From the NCBI GenBank assembly GCA_030141605.1, contig JAQGDQ010000014.1, positions 1,054,001 through 1,118,000 of the forward strand: a DNA stretch of 64,000 nt, written 5' to 3'. This document shows, one piece after another, positions 27,000-63,372 of the stretch. The DNA is from Tubiluchus corallicola. Taxonomy: Eukaryota; Animalia; Priapulida. A program made the position numbers and the translations under genes. How positions within the stretch are numbered: position 1 is the stretch's first letter; every line of letters begins with the position of its first letter. The notes below the pieces were generated by a model. It saw nothing but the letters and a program-made list of their open reading frames with translations, had not been told where the DNA came from and made no database searches.

Positions 27000-28685
27000 G
27001 GAGCCATGAAATGTATTACTGCAGGAGACTTGAATATAGACGTCCTTAAAGAAAACGATATCAGCACACACAAGCTACTAATCTTCATGAAAACAATGGA
27101 TTTTTATTAATTGATTAGTGAGCATGTATATTCCAATAAAGTTGAAGCTGTCAAACAAGCTTTGTGCTGAATATAAAATAAGTGATCATTTTCCAATTAC
27201 TAGGATAACTGCTAACCATCAAAATAAAGAATATCAATCTATCAAATATCATTGATATTTTGAAACAGACAAATTATGAGGGATCTCAAAAATGGTCCAT
27301 GGTATACAGTTGAATGTTCTAGTAATCCCTGTCGTGGGATTAATTCCCGATAATCCCCAATAATGCTCGGCATACTGTTTATCTACTTTTTCACCATTAA
27401 TTTTGGCGATGGTAATAGACTGACAAACATGTACGTACCATGTTACCTTATAGGGCTATGCACATAAATAAGCAAACGTTATAGATGGCGTTACACAGTT
27501 TTACAAACAAGAATTTCTCGAAATGGTACCTGGAACTAACTCGTAGCTGTTCGTGAGATGGAGTACTTCACGAACGTTATTTGTACGTAGTATTTCCGTC
27601 AAGTTCTGCGAGAAAAGAACAAACGAAAATTTTTCCATTTTGGCACCACATACCCGCCTTTCTTCACAAAATTTCTTGGATAGTTTTTGCCTAATACGCT
27701 AACTGTCATAACAAATAAAAAACAACATGACAGACAAGCAGCAAAACAAACAAACAAACTGTGTTGAAGCATAGCTTCCTTGGCAGAGATAAAAATAACT
27801 AAAATAATTATCCCCCAGTGTAACCCTAGCCCTTGTAGCACATATTTTACTAAGTGTGCCATTTTTTCCTGTGCAATTTTTACTTACAGTTTGTCAGTAA
27901 TTGTAGTGATTTAATTTACTTTGTGACATAATTTACTTAACTGACATAAAAATAATTATTTGACGTATTTGGGTTCTATATTGCTGACGAACAAATCAAA
28001 TTCTTTTATTTGTTCCAATAATGAATGCTTAACTTTGTCAAAATAATCTGATTTGATCTGGATTTTGAAAACTTCACTGAAGTGTGACCAAAATTTTTTA
28101 ATAATGATGTTCTGTCTAGGTCCAACAATGTTGTATAATAATTATGTTTCGAATTCCGTATGATAATTTTATAAATAACATTATTTCGTCTGGTTTTATA
28201 CAGTTCAGTTTCAGATGACTTATCAGTATCGCCACTTTGTTTTATCGTGCCATTTCATCTCCTCATTCCACCATCCTGGTAGTGTAGGATGCTTCACCCT
28301 TTTTCCTTCAATGGTGCATAAGCACAAGAACGCTTAACAGATGATTCGTGGGGGGTCACCAGAACGTTCAATTATATACCATTGATTCTATAATCAATCA
28401 TACATACTGTTGCAGTGAAACCTACTGATAAATTTACTAGCCAATACCAATAAACGTTTTTTGCTCATGAGCCACCTTTTTTGATTACTTTAAATTGGTT
28501 TTTAGGAAGCTAATTTTCAACTTACACGCACGTATAATACTACTAAAGTATCGATCAGGTTTGTTTGTTTGGTCATAGGCGTCTGTCTTTATTGATAATG
28601 ATAGCTCTGAGCATAAAGAAATTACCAAAGAAAATGCTCGCGACAAAAAGGAGAAAACGATTTTTCAACTTCAAGTGTTTTGCAT

Positions 28686-28700
28686 CTTCCTTTCATTCTC
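28686..28700 (+). promoter_or_regulatory. TCT initiator / 5'-TOP pyrimidine tract of RPS29
   Basis: cttcctttcattctc just upstream of the ATG, typical of ribosomal-protein transcription starts. Confidence 0.75.
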
Positions 28701-28703
28701 AAG

Positions 28704-28765
28704 ATGGGTCACCGAAATATATGGTTTAGTCATCCAAGAAAATTTGGGCAAGGTTCTAGGTGTTG
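28704..28765 (+). CDS. RPS29: RPS29 coding exon 1
   Basis: aagATGG start; TG|gtgagt donor. Confidence 0.96.
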
Positions 28766-31187
28766 GTGAGTGCGTTATTTTGTTTCTTATCGACCATTTT
28801 AGTGCATTTATACTATCAATTAATTTATGCATGTTACTGATTTGTGCGCGTTATAGTAAGGTAACGTTAGCGAATTTAAAATCTTGTGCAAAGAGGTGGG
28901 CGCTCGTCTCATCGAATATCAGGCGAAAATGCTAGGTTTGTTACACCTATACACTTGCACTCAAAATCGGTATCGGAAAATTTGTTTGATTCGTAGAACG
29001 ATTCTTTACATGTAATACAATTTAATTACAGGGCCATTACAGATATTATCCTAAATATCAGGAAATACTCTGTCTTTCTTTTCTTTACAGCAGAATAATT
29101 ATTAAAGTCATACTGCAGTAGGTATTTTATGAGTAGTTTCAGGTGTTGTTCATAGATTGCACAAGTCTTACCTCTCCTTTATGAAATTACTAAAAAAGCT
29201 ATGCGCATAACTAAAGTGTAACACCTGGTTTATACAGCTATAAACAACAATTTTATACAGCCCAAACTAAATTACATATACTCCCATAAAGTTTACATTA
29301 CCAAAAAACAAATCTCATTCCACAAAGTTAAATGGGGATAGTAATAACTAAATCTGGTTACATATATAAAGATATATGCTAAGCTGGTCGTTACACTATC
29401 TGTGTTAATTTTCCCAACTAAAACATGAAACTTTACAGAAATAAACATCTAACTGTATTTTTAAAGAGAATTAACAATCTTATCAGAATCCAGACTTTTT
29501 ACTGAAATCTGAATTGGTATTGGAATCTTTCGAAATTATGGTATCGTCCCATATCTTTCTATCGCCCTAAAAGTATTATGCTTACCAAGCTAATACAAAT
29601 TCAGACATTTGATTATGTTTTTCAGTCGAGTGTGCAGCAATCACCATGGTCTAATTCGGAAGTATGGTCTAAACATGTGCCGGAGGTGCTTCAGACAGTA
29701 TGCAAATGATATCGGTTTCAGAAAGGTTGGCAATAAGTTTATTTTTGAACTAAAATAAAATTAAATAGTGAATTTAATTATTTAACTATTTATTAGTTCT
29801 CCAAACCTTGTATACTTATTTTCGGATGGTTTTATTTATTTATGTAATGCGCCATTTTCTCCACAACTAGTAACCTATTTACGACAAGTTATATAAAACG
29901 AACTGCCTCAGTCTCCCACAGGTGACCTATTTTTATAATAATGTTAATTTATGTAAGTGGTAGGCTAATGCCATCATTAAAGAAGCATTACGGCAGCAAG
30001 AAAGGTCTGTGTTGTTGTTGACCAGTGTGTATAATGCTGGCATATTATTGGTCTTTAGTGGATGATTCTTCTCTTGTTTTGTGTGTTTTTTTGTTCTTGT
30101 TGTTAATATAGCTACAGTTATTGTCACCATATGTCGTCATCATAGCCATTGTTGCTGCCACCAGCATCATTGTTATGGTGTAGTGTGTGGTGTGGGTTGT
30201 TGTGTTGTGGGATGGTATGTAATGTGGTGTGGCATCGTGAGTGGTATGGTGGAGGATGTGGTGTGGTGTGAGTGGTACAGCGGAGAATGTGGTGTGGGAT
30301 GGTTATATTTTTGTAGTATGGTACTTATCGAGTAAGGTAGATGTGTGGGTTGTTGCTGTGGAGTTGTATAGTGTGGCGTGGGTAGCTGTGGAGTTGTATA
30401 GTGTGGTGTGGGTTGCTGAGGAGTTGTATAGTGTGGTGTGGGTTGCTGAGGAGTTGTATAGTGTGGTGTAGGTTGTTGCTGTGGAATTGTATAGTGTGGT
30501 GGAGGTTGTTGCTGTGGAATTGTATAGTGTGGTGTAGGTTGTGGCTGTGGAATTGTATAGTGTGGTGGAGGTTGTTGCTGTGGAATTGTATAGTGTGGTG
30601 TAGGTTGTGGCTGTGGAATTGTATAGTGTGGTGTGGATTGTTGCTGTGGAGTTGTGTGGTGTGGGTTGTTGTTGTGGAGTTGTATAGTGTGGTGTGGGTT
30701 GTTGCTGTGGGGTTGTAGTGTGGTGTGGGACTGTATAATGTGGTGTGGACTGAAGATTTTGATGTAGGTAATTAACAGTGATTCTCTCTGGTTGAGTGCA
30801 CAATTGATTATTTGAAGCAGTAAGCAGAACTTGCGACATCAAATATTTTTAAGTCATAGTGCAGAGGATGAATTTTACTTTCAATGAAACGTATTTAGTT
30901 TGTCTCGGGAAAGTTGAGCTAATTTTGCTTCAGTAAAAAGAAAATTATTTTTCTTTCTGGCTGTCTGCCTTGAGGCAAATAAAGAAATTCTGACAAGACT
31001 CAAAATATTTTAGGACCCAAAATCTTGTGCGATAGTTAGTCAACAGTTCTTGGGATTCCACATTTGCCTTTATAGATTCTGTGCTCTCAGTACAGGCAGT
31101 AAAATTCATTAACCATAAGGTGCTTGTATTGTTTTTTTGTTCCTTTGTCTTACCATTCATATTTTTGCTCTTTTTCAGTTGGATTAA
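28704..31187 (+). CDS. RPS29: 40S ribosomal protein S29 (uS14), 56 aa; exons 28704-28765, 29626-29725, 31179-31187
   Basis: Spliced translation [56 protein letters not shown], CxxC...CxxC zinc finger; GT-AG introns in phase. Confidence 0.97.
29131..29252 (+). ncRNA. Candidate box H/ACA snoRNA in RPS29 intron 1
   Basis: Hairpin gtagtttca...tgaaattac, hinge AAAAAA (fits ANANNA), hairpin agct...aacta..gtg/cac.tggtt...agct, ACA tail; ~120 nt. Confidence 0.45.
29626..29725 (+). CDS. RPS29: RPS29 exon 2
   Basis: ttttcag acceptor; [34 protein letters not shown]; AAG|gttggc donor. Confidence 0.97.
30340..30750. repeat. 30/33-bp GT-rich minisatellite in RPS29 intron 2
   Basis: Unit gtggagttgtatagtgtggtgtgggttgct, with a 3-nt longer variant; decays into GT-rich low complexity from ~30175. 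Confidence 0.93.
31179..31187 (+). CDS. RPS29: RPS29 exon 3 coding part (LD*)
   Basis: Long pyrimidine tract + cag|TTGGATTAA; AATAAA at 31296-31301. Confidence 0.9.
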   Translation: MD

Positions 31188-31295
31188 GATGCATGAATTA
31201 CTGACAACCCAGCCGTACCTTCTGAAGATTATATGCAATGGGTATCATGGAAAATAATTGTAAAGTGTGTGGATTTTCAAACATAAGGATGTAAA

Positions 31296-31301
31296 AATAA
31301 A
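31296..31301 (+). terminator. RPS29 polyadenylation signal
   Basis: AATAAA ~110 nt after the stop codon. Confidence 0.7.
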
Positions 31302-33066
31302 TGAGTACAATGTGCTTATGTTTCAATGACATATGTAGTTGCAAATTTTTGGGGTTTTAGTAAGCTTTTGGTGAAGTGATGTATTTAAAAACACCACCCT
31401 GCTCACCTTGAAAAATAATTCACTTTTCAGTTATTATTGTTCCAGATACACATTTTTACTGGATAGCGAATACCGGATATCGTCTTATACTTCAAACTGA
31501 CTTCTGAATTCGGATTATAACCGAATGATTAGTTAAATTTGAATTGAAAACTGGATAAGTTCGTCTAATGAAAAATAGTAACTGTTGCAAGCTTTAGTAT
31601 TTTCATTTAGTCTATCATTTTAAATGATCCTAGCTTACACACTAGGAGCTATTAAGCAAATTATGAAAGGAGAGTAAATAAGTAACTCAACGAGAAGATG
31701 CTGTACTTAATTACAGGTGGGCAAATAAGTGTGCACCAAGACAATTCATTTTACTCTGCATAAATCACAGACCACACAGATAGTATGCTTGCTAAAATAA
31801 ACAAAAAGCTGAAGCAATTGATCTAGATTTTTTGACTCTCGACAATCAAACCACTAAGAAGTGACAAAATAAGAACCCATTTAGAATTCTGCTGATGAGG
31901 TTCAGTTAAAACAGCCAAAATGAAAAATAGCTTCTATAAATTGTGGAAAAAACAGTGATAATGTGTATAGGCATTTTGACTTTACATGTTTTATTATTAT
32001 TATCAAGTTGGATGTAAAGTCGGCTATACAATGCTTTAAAATTTATGTAGCTCCCTGTAAAGTTTTGGCATGAACACCCAAACAGATTCTTGTAAAATCT
32101 GGAGGAATTCTGGCACTGTTGAAGCACAGCTAGTGCTGACAGGCATTTACCTGTCAACATAGACATTACATTTGAATGCTTTCGAGTTGCAGTGCTCTGT
32201 ATATACAGTTTTTGCTGAATTTATGTACGTGAAATGGAGATGAAATGCTCGTAAATAAGCTAACAAAATTTGGTACACACTGACTGAGCTAAAAATTTTG
32301 TTTTTACTGAAACTGAGTAAAATCACCACTCCTAGCAAAGACCACCAATAGCATTTTTCACAGAATGATTTTATCACTACTACAAGCACAATGTAGTATC
32401 GAGTTAGTATTTATTGAAGGGTGCATATTTCATCGTGCTCAGGGCTTGCTTATAGATTACAATGATTAATATTGATCAGTTGCATAATACAACCAACAAA
32501 CTCTATGACAACCTTTATTTTCTCAAAATCATTTCCACATTTGTACTGCAATGTAGAAAGTTAAATTTCTTTTTAAATTAAACTTTAGCATTATGAATTT
32601 TAACAAAATTAACTGACATTCTTACTATATTTAATCACAGTTACTGCATTTCATATAACTTAAAAAAGTCGACTTTACTAACACCTTATAATGACACCAA
32701 AAGCTCAAGAAGTTAGCACTTGTAAAATTAAGTCTAATTCTAAATATGAGAATGAAGGTAAAATTAAATCTATTTCTAAATATGAGAATGAAGTGCAACA
32801 CAGTGAAGCATAATTAAATATCCCTCACACACGTCTAGTTCAGTGACAAAAGACTAGAAATTTTTGTTAATTTGAATAAAATGTACGCCAAATGCATAGT
32901 GATACTGCAATACATGAAACATTAATGTTACGTGCATACCAAAGAAGCACATCGAAAAAAAAATTTCGCTTAGAGCACGGATTTCACAGCACTTATTGGG
33001 ATCAAATCACTTTAGCTAATTCTGTCTAAGAGCGCTCATCCCTATTGTGGAGCTCTGGAACGAATT

Positions 33067-33072
33067 TTTATT
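33067..33072 (-). terminator. Candidate EPRS polyadenylation signal AATAAA
   Basis: tttatt on + strand, ~150 nt downstream of the stop; more distal candidates lie near 32410-32520. Confidence 0.45.
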
Positions 33073-33221
33073 AACGAATTGCAAATGACATTTCTTAAAA
33101 CGACGTGAAAATTCCAGTATTTAACTTCATTTAATACATCAGCAAAGTTTACTGTTGTTTATGGCATGTCAGTTGGGATGTCAATTCATTAGGAAGCCTT
33201 CAATAATTAAGAAACTATGAT

Positions 33222-58749
<25,528 letters not shown>

Positions 58750-58950
58750 TTTTTGGAAATACAAATAAAAAACAATCGGTAAAATAAGGAAAACGACACA
58801 CCGTTATCAAATCACACTTTTCGTATAATTGCATCAGAAAGTAACAATCAAACAATATGAGTAGTCTTTAACAACTTCGACAATATTCACTACAAGATGT
58901 AACGCGACGGCTTACCTTTGCGCCATCGACAGTACTAGCTACTGGTGAGT
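58750..58950. promoter_or_regulatory. Probable bidirectional promoter EPRS(-)/CENPL(+)
   Basis: Locally CpG-enriched; YY1-like cgccatc at 58921-58927; + strand donor ctg|gtgagt at 58945 suggests a CENPL 5'UTR exon. Inferred. Confidence 0.5.
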
Positions 58951-60263
58951 TATGACTTGTGTATTTTCGAGAAGAAAAGTTATCGAAATCTTACAACAGT
59001 TTTTGAAATACTTGTGGCTGTGGAATCCTGGTCTACATAAAAGGTGATTTTCCCTCTAGAATTAGGAATTTCAGAAACCTTAATGAGCCATGCAAGTTAA
59101 TTGGAGACATCACAATTGAGATAGTTATTAATGACATTAAATTGATGCTATTCTGTGCCTACAAATCATAATCAGTAAATTCTTAATCACTTACGGATCT
59201 CTGTGAAATATTTGAGATGCAAAACTTTGTAAAAAATCAAACATGCAAAAACGCATGTGAAAAACGCAAATCCATCACTTGTAAAATGTATTTATTGTCA
59301 TAGTTCTTTATTTGAAAAAACAATTGTTTGCAAGCAACCATGACATAAATTGGATCCTCTCACGAAATTATTTTGTTATAAAGTTACGCCATTTTGCACG
59401 AGGAGTCTCCTCATTGCCCAAATCAGCTCCGTTCTACTAATTGCCTTTACATTATTACAAATCAGAAACACCACTTTGAGGAAACCATAAAGGAGGACAG
59501 ATAGAGGACTAAATGATGTTCATCACGCCGTTCTCAGTACAACTATCATTACAGACATGATCGTTCTCAGTACAAAGTCATTATAACGCGGATTATCTCC
59601 CTTTTTGAAAATTACTGTGACGTAACGGCACTGACTAGACGTTGGTAGACAAGAAACTTTGAATGAATAAAATTCTCCGCAGCGTCTACGTGTTTCAACT
59701 TCAAAAATTGTTTGTGGCATTTTTAAACGCGGTTGGTTTGTGTTATAGATGATAACAATTGTTATTTTGTGGTTTTCGTCGATATTTATCTGTTTTGAGA
59801 CTTGATCCAGTCTGTAATTTAAGTGAGTCGTTGATGTTTATTTTAATCTTTAGCAATTGAATTTTTGGCTATAATAATTTCGCAAATCTAATTAAATGAC
59901 AAGAAAAGTGGTACCTGAAGTAGGTTTCAGAAAAATCGCCTTAAAAATTATATTACTTCACAGCAATTTTACGTGTATATCGTACTTGCCTTGAAAATTT
60001 TTTTGTTTGTGTTCATTTTAAATATCCCGCAAAAATGTTCCGTTCCCGCAATTACATGGCGTCATAAACTATATGCACAACGTAAATAAGGGGGAAAAAG
60101 AAATGTCAAACTATGTCCCAAAAACTTTCAATGCAAAGTTATATTACTTAGCACTTCGCTTCCCTGCTTGAAAGACGTATGTAACAAGAAAAGAAAATTA
60201 TTAATTTATTCAAAACTTTTTCACTAATTGGTATGACTAAATGTTGTTGACTTACCGCTAGGG

Positions 60264-60993
60264 TGCACCTCATTAACCAAAAAATATATTTTTAATCTTA
60301 TTAATTCTAAAAAGCTAGGAAAATGAACAATATTGTATTCTAGTCAATATGAAAAAGTGCTGTTTATCTTATATTTTCTTTTTATCTTTATAAACTTTCC
60401 AGCAATTAGGAAATGTAATGCTCCTTGTCGCACATGTTATCACTAATTGCTTGCATTAGGTATACCATGTAATATACCATATAACTCAGTAACTGCGATT
60501 TTCCATACTTATTACATTTACCTAGCTAACTTAACAGTTATTTCCTTGATTCTCGCATTAATGTAATACTCAAATAGTAAATGTTAATAATGATAACATT
60601 CACTTTCTGTATAAATATATTTTGCCTAAAATTTTATATGACGCAATTATTGCATTTAGTTAATTATAATTACAAGCAAAACATGAGCTTCACTTACCTT
60701 TCTTTAGTGCGAGAAATGCGAAAATAACTGTTACATTAGCTGAGTAAATGTAGTAAGTACAAAAAAAATCACAGTTGTTGAGTTATGTGGTATATTACCA
60801 TACTTAATGCAAGCAATTAGAGATCAAATGTGCAATATGCATTACATTTTCCCAATTGCTGGAAAGTTTATAAAGAAATATAAAGAGAAAATATAATATA
60901 AACAGCACTTTTTCATATTAACTGGAATACAATATTGTGCATTTTCCTAGCTTGTTGTATTGGTATAAAAATGTGTTGAATAAATGAGGTGAC
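60264..60993. mobile_element. Long-TIR (foldback/MITE-like) element
   Basis: 60264-60502 is the imperfect reverse complement of 60763-60993 (e.g. atatgaaaaagtgctgtttat / ataaacagcactttttcatat). Confidence 0.85.
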
Positions 60994-61279
60994 ATTAAGT
61001 AAGCAGTAAGCACAAGCACATTATAAATTTATAAATATATAAAACAGATGCACAAAACCTATCAAAATAACTGATAAACTATAATACTGGATCAGTCAGT
61101 GTAATAGACATGAAATAATATAACGTTTAACTTGATTACTCTTTCACGAAATTTAAATTCTAACAAAATTTTAAAAAGGTAACAGCAGCTAATCAGCACG
61201 TCTAGTATCTTAGCTGCTGCGTAGTAGGCCTGTAACTATGCATTGTGATACCTTTTGTGATGATATGTGCATCGTCAAA

Positions 61280-61480
61280 GTGCACAAGTATTGTGATAAT
61301 CTGAATCACTGATCTTTAGCACAAGCTGGATTGTCCGCTGATAAAAACAGTGTAAAATAATTCAAGCTTCAGCTGTAGAATGTACTGCTGATATGTAACA
61401 ATCAGTGCAGCATTAGCAGACTTGACCTTGACACAGGCAGACTTGCTGTAAGCAGCCGAAACTAAGCAGTTGAATAAGTG
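61280..61480 (+). mobile_element. Penelope-like element remnant with degenerate hammerhead
   Basis: TTGACAC a GGC...GCC GAAAC taagca GTT at 61428-61471; upstream frame-broken ESLI..KL..PL resembles a GIY-YIG C-terminus. Confidence 0.4.
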
Positions 61481-62229
61481 CAATGTGTTTATAATAATGT
61501 GTATGTTAAGCTAATTACATTTTTGCTTATAAGTTTCTGAAATGGCTTGCAGTAAATGCGGACGAAAATGCACCAGCATAATCAAAAGCATTAATTAAAA
61601 TGTTTTGCATTATTATGTAGTATATCAACAGCTTAATCTAGTTTTATTACTTGTTATAGCAAATGTTAACTGAATATGCATCATGACTTAGGTGTATCGC
61701 TACAGCCCTACTGCGTAGCTGTAGAAAATAAAATGTGTCAATATGTGTTTCTTCGCTAATTAAGACACTTTTTTGTTGGGTCATCTGCGATTCGTCTAGA
61801 TCCACTTTCCACATTCAAATGGCTTTATTATTAATTGCTTTGTAATTTTCCTTTTTGCACTTTGGATATATTAACATATCAATTTTGTTCTTGTAAACAT
61901 TTGTAATTTCCATATTCAATCTGATATGAAGTAGATCCATTTCCGTTTCCTGACTAGCCCTGCTGTATCATGTTTTTACATTTCCAGAAATATTAAGTTT
62001 GCTCTGCATCTTGTTTTGTGATGAAATTGTGTGTTTATATAAGTTATTTTTTCATTCTGATTTTTTTCGAATCTATTTTCTATTGTTGCGTCTTTGTTGC
62101 ATTTTCTTGCAGTCAGTTTTAAATTATTAACCCAAAACCATTCCGCAGTGTAGAAATTCTGAGAGGATGTCAAATGGATAGCAAACTTTCTTGAACATTA
62201 TCTCTAGCATCTGTCAGGTTTTTGCAAGT

Positions 62230-63270
62230 ATGGCACCACATATTCACTTCAAAGGCTGCGCAACTCCAACAGATCAACCGATTACGCAGCCAGCCGCTCA
62301 GTCTACTATCTTTGCTTCGCGTAAAAAACATCGCACTCATTGCCGCATAGGTGGTGTGCCAGACCAGCCTCAGCAAGAACATTTAACGGACAGCTGTTTA
62401 AGTGGCATAGTAAACAAATCATGGCAAATTTATAAATGTTCACCATTGTACAATTTGAACTATGACTGCTTAAACATCTACAGTCGTCACTTCACATCTT
62501 TCTTACAGTCACATTTGAACATTCGTGATGTGCTTGGACTCGAAAGTGGTACCAAATTCAAGACATCATTTTCCCTATTACCGGCTTTAAAAGTTGCCGA
62601 AAGTGATCACTGTGCTCTTAGTGTTTTAGTATTGTCAGTGCCTAAAGATCGCAGTTCTTCGAGCAAGGAGGTGTTCACTGCTATTCTTAGTGGTGTTTGT
62701 TTAGAAAAACATCCTTACTCTATTCACAACTCATTCGTTGCTTTGCCAGTGATTTTGCTGAGAGGCAAGGTCGCATACTCGGACTTGTTTATTCTGTGGT
62801 TACAGTATCAATTTGATTGCAGTGTGAACAGAATGACCTTCTCACAATTACATTTACATTGGATGGTTGCCATATGGGCAGGTAAGTCGTCTAAAAGCAA
62901 AAGACGCAACCCCATTGAACTATCATATTCTGTGCCTCATGTGGAAGGCATTGATAATATATGCATGGAAATAGATCAGGATGATGGTTTGTGGATTTGG
63001 AAGACAGTGCACGAAGCATCAATATCGAAGCAAGGTTCTGAAGTGTTCAGCGAAACAGAGGTAACCACGTTCATAAATGCTCTTCAGAAACACTTCTTTG
63101 CCCATTTCAAGATAAACTTAGAAAGACTACAGTTGACTCATATTGGAACACCAATCGTGTATGTTTCAAGTCAAGGGAAAATTAGACTATATTCCAAGAA
63201 TCATGTACCTACTGTGTTGCAATTGCTTTGTTCTTTTGTTGTTGAGGATTATCCAGAATTTTCTTTATAA
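62230..63270 (+). CDS. CENPL: Centromere protein L homologue, single coding exon, 346 aa from first in-frame ATG
   Basis: Long clean ORF with CENP-L-like motifs NKSWQIYKCSPLY, LPVILLRG, WLQYQFDC, LHWMVAIW, HFFAHFKINL, GKIRL; size close to vertebrate CENP-L. The ORF-track start at 62191 is a TTG. Confidence 0.88.
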   Translation: MAPHIHFKGCATPTDQPITQPAAQSTIFASRKKHRTHCRIGGVPDQPQQEHLTDSCLSGIVNKSWQIYKCSPLYNLNYDCLNIYSRHFTSFLQSHLNIRDVLGLESGTKFKTSFSLLPALKVAESDHCALSVLVLSVPKDRSSSSKEVFTAILSGVCLEKHPYSIHNSFVALPVILLRGKVAYSDLFILWLQYQFDCSVNRMTFSQLHLHWMVAIWAGKSSKSKRRNPIELSYSVPHVEGIDNICMEIDQDDGLWIWKTVHEASISKQGSEVFSETEVTTFINALQKHFFAHFKINLERLQLTHIGTPIVYVSSQGKIRLYSKNHVPTVLQLLCSFVVEDYPEFSL

Positions 63271-63319
63271 GTGAAAAGAAACCCGCGGTACCGAGAATTC
63301 TTGTTATTTAGGTCTTCTT

Positions 63320-63372
63320 TTGTGTGTGTGTGTGTGTGCACATGCCCGTGTGTGTGTGTGCGTGCATGTGCG
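63320..63372. repeat. (TG)n microsatellite just downstream of the CENPL stop
   Basis: Seen directly. Confidence 0.9.

Noticed and set aside
30081-30842. Repetitive ORFs on both strands (mucin-like [16 protein letters not shown]...)
   Set aside because: By-products of a 30/33-bp minisatellite inside RPS29 intron 2.
62191-62229. N-terminal extension of CENPL given by the ORF track
   Set aside because: Starts at TTG; the first in-frame ATG is at 62230.
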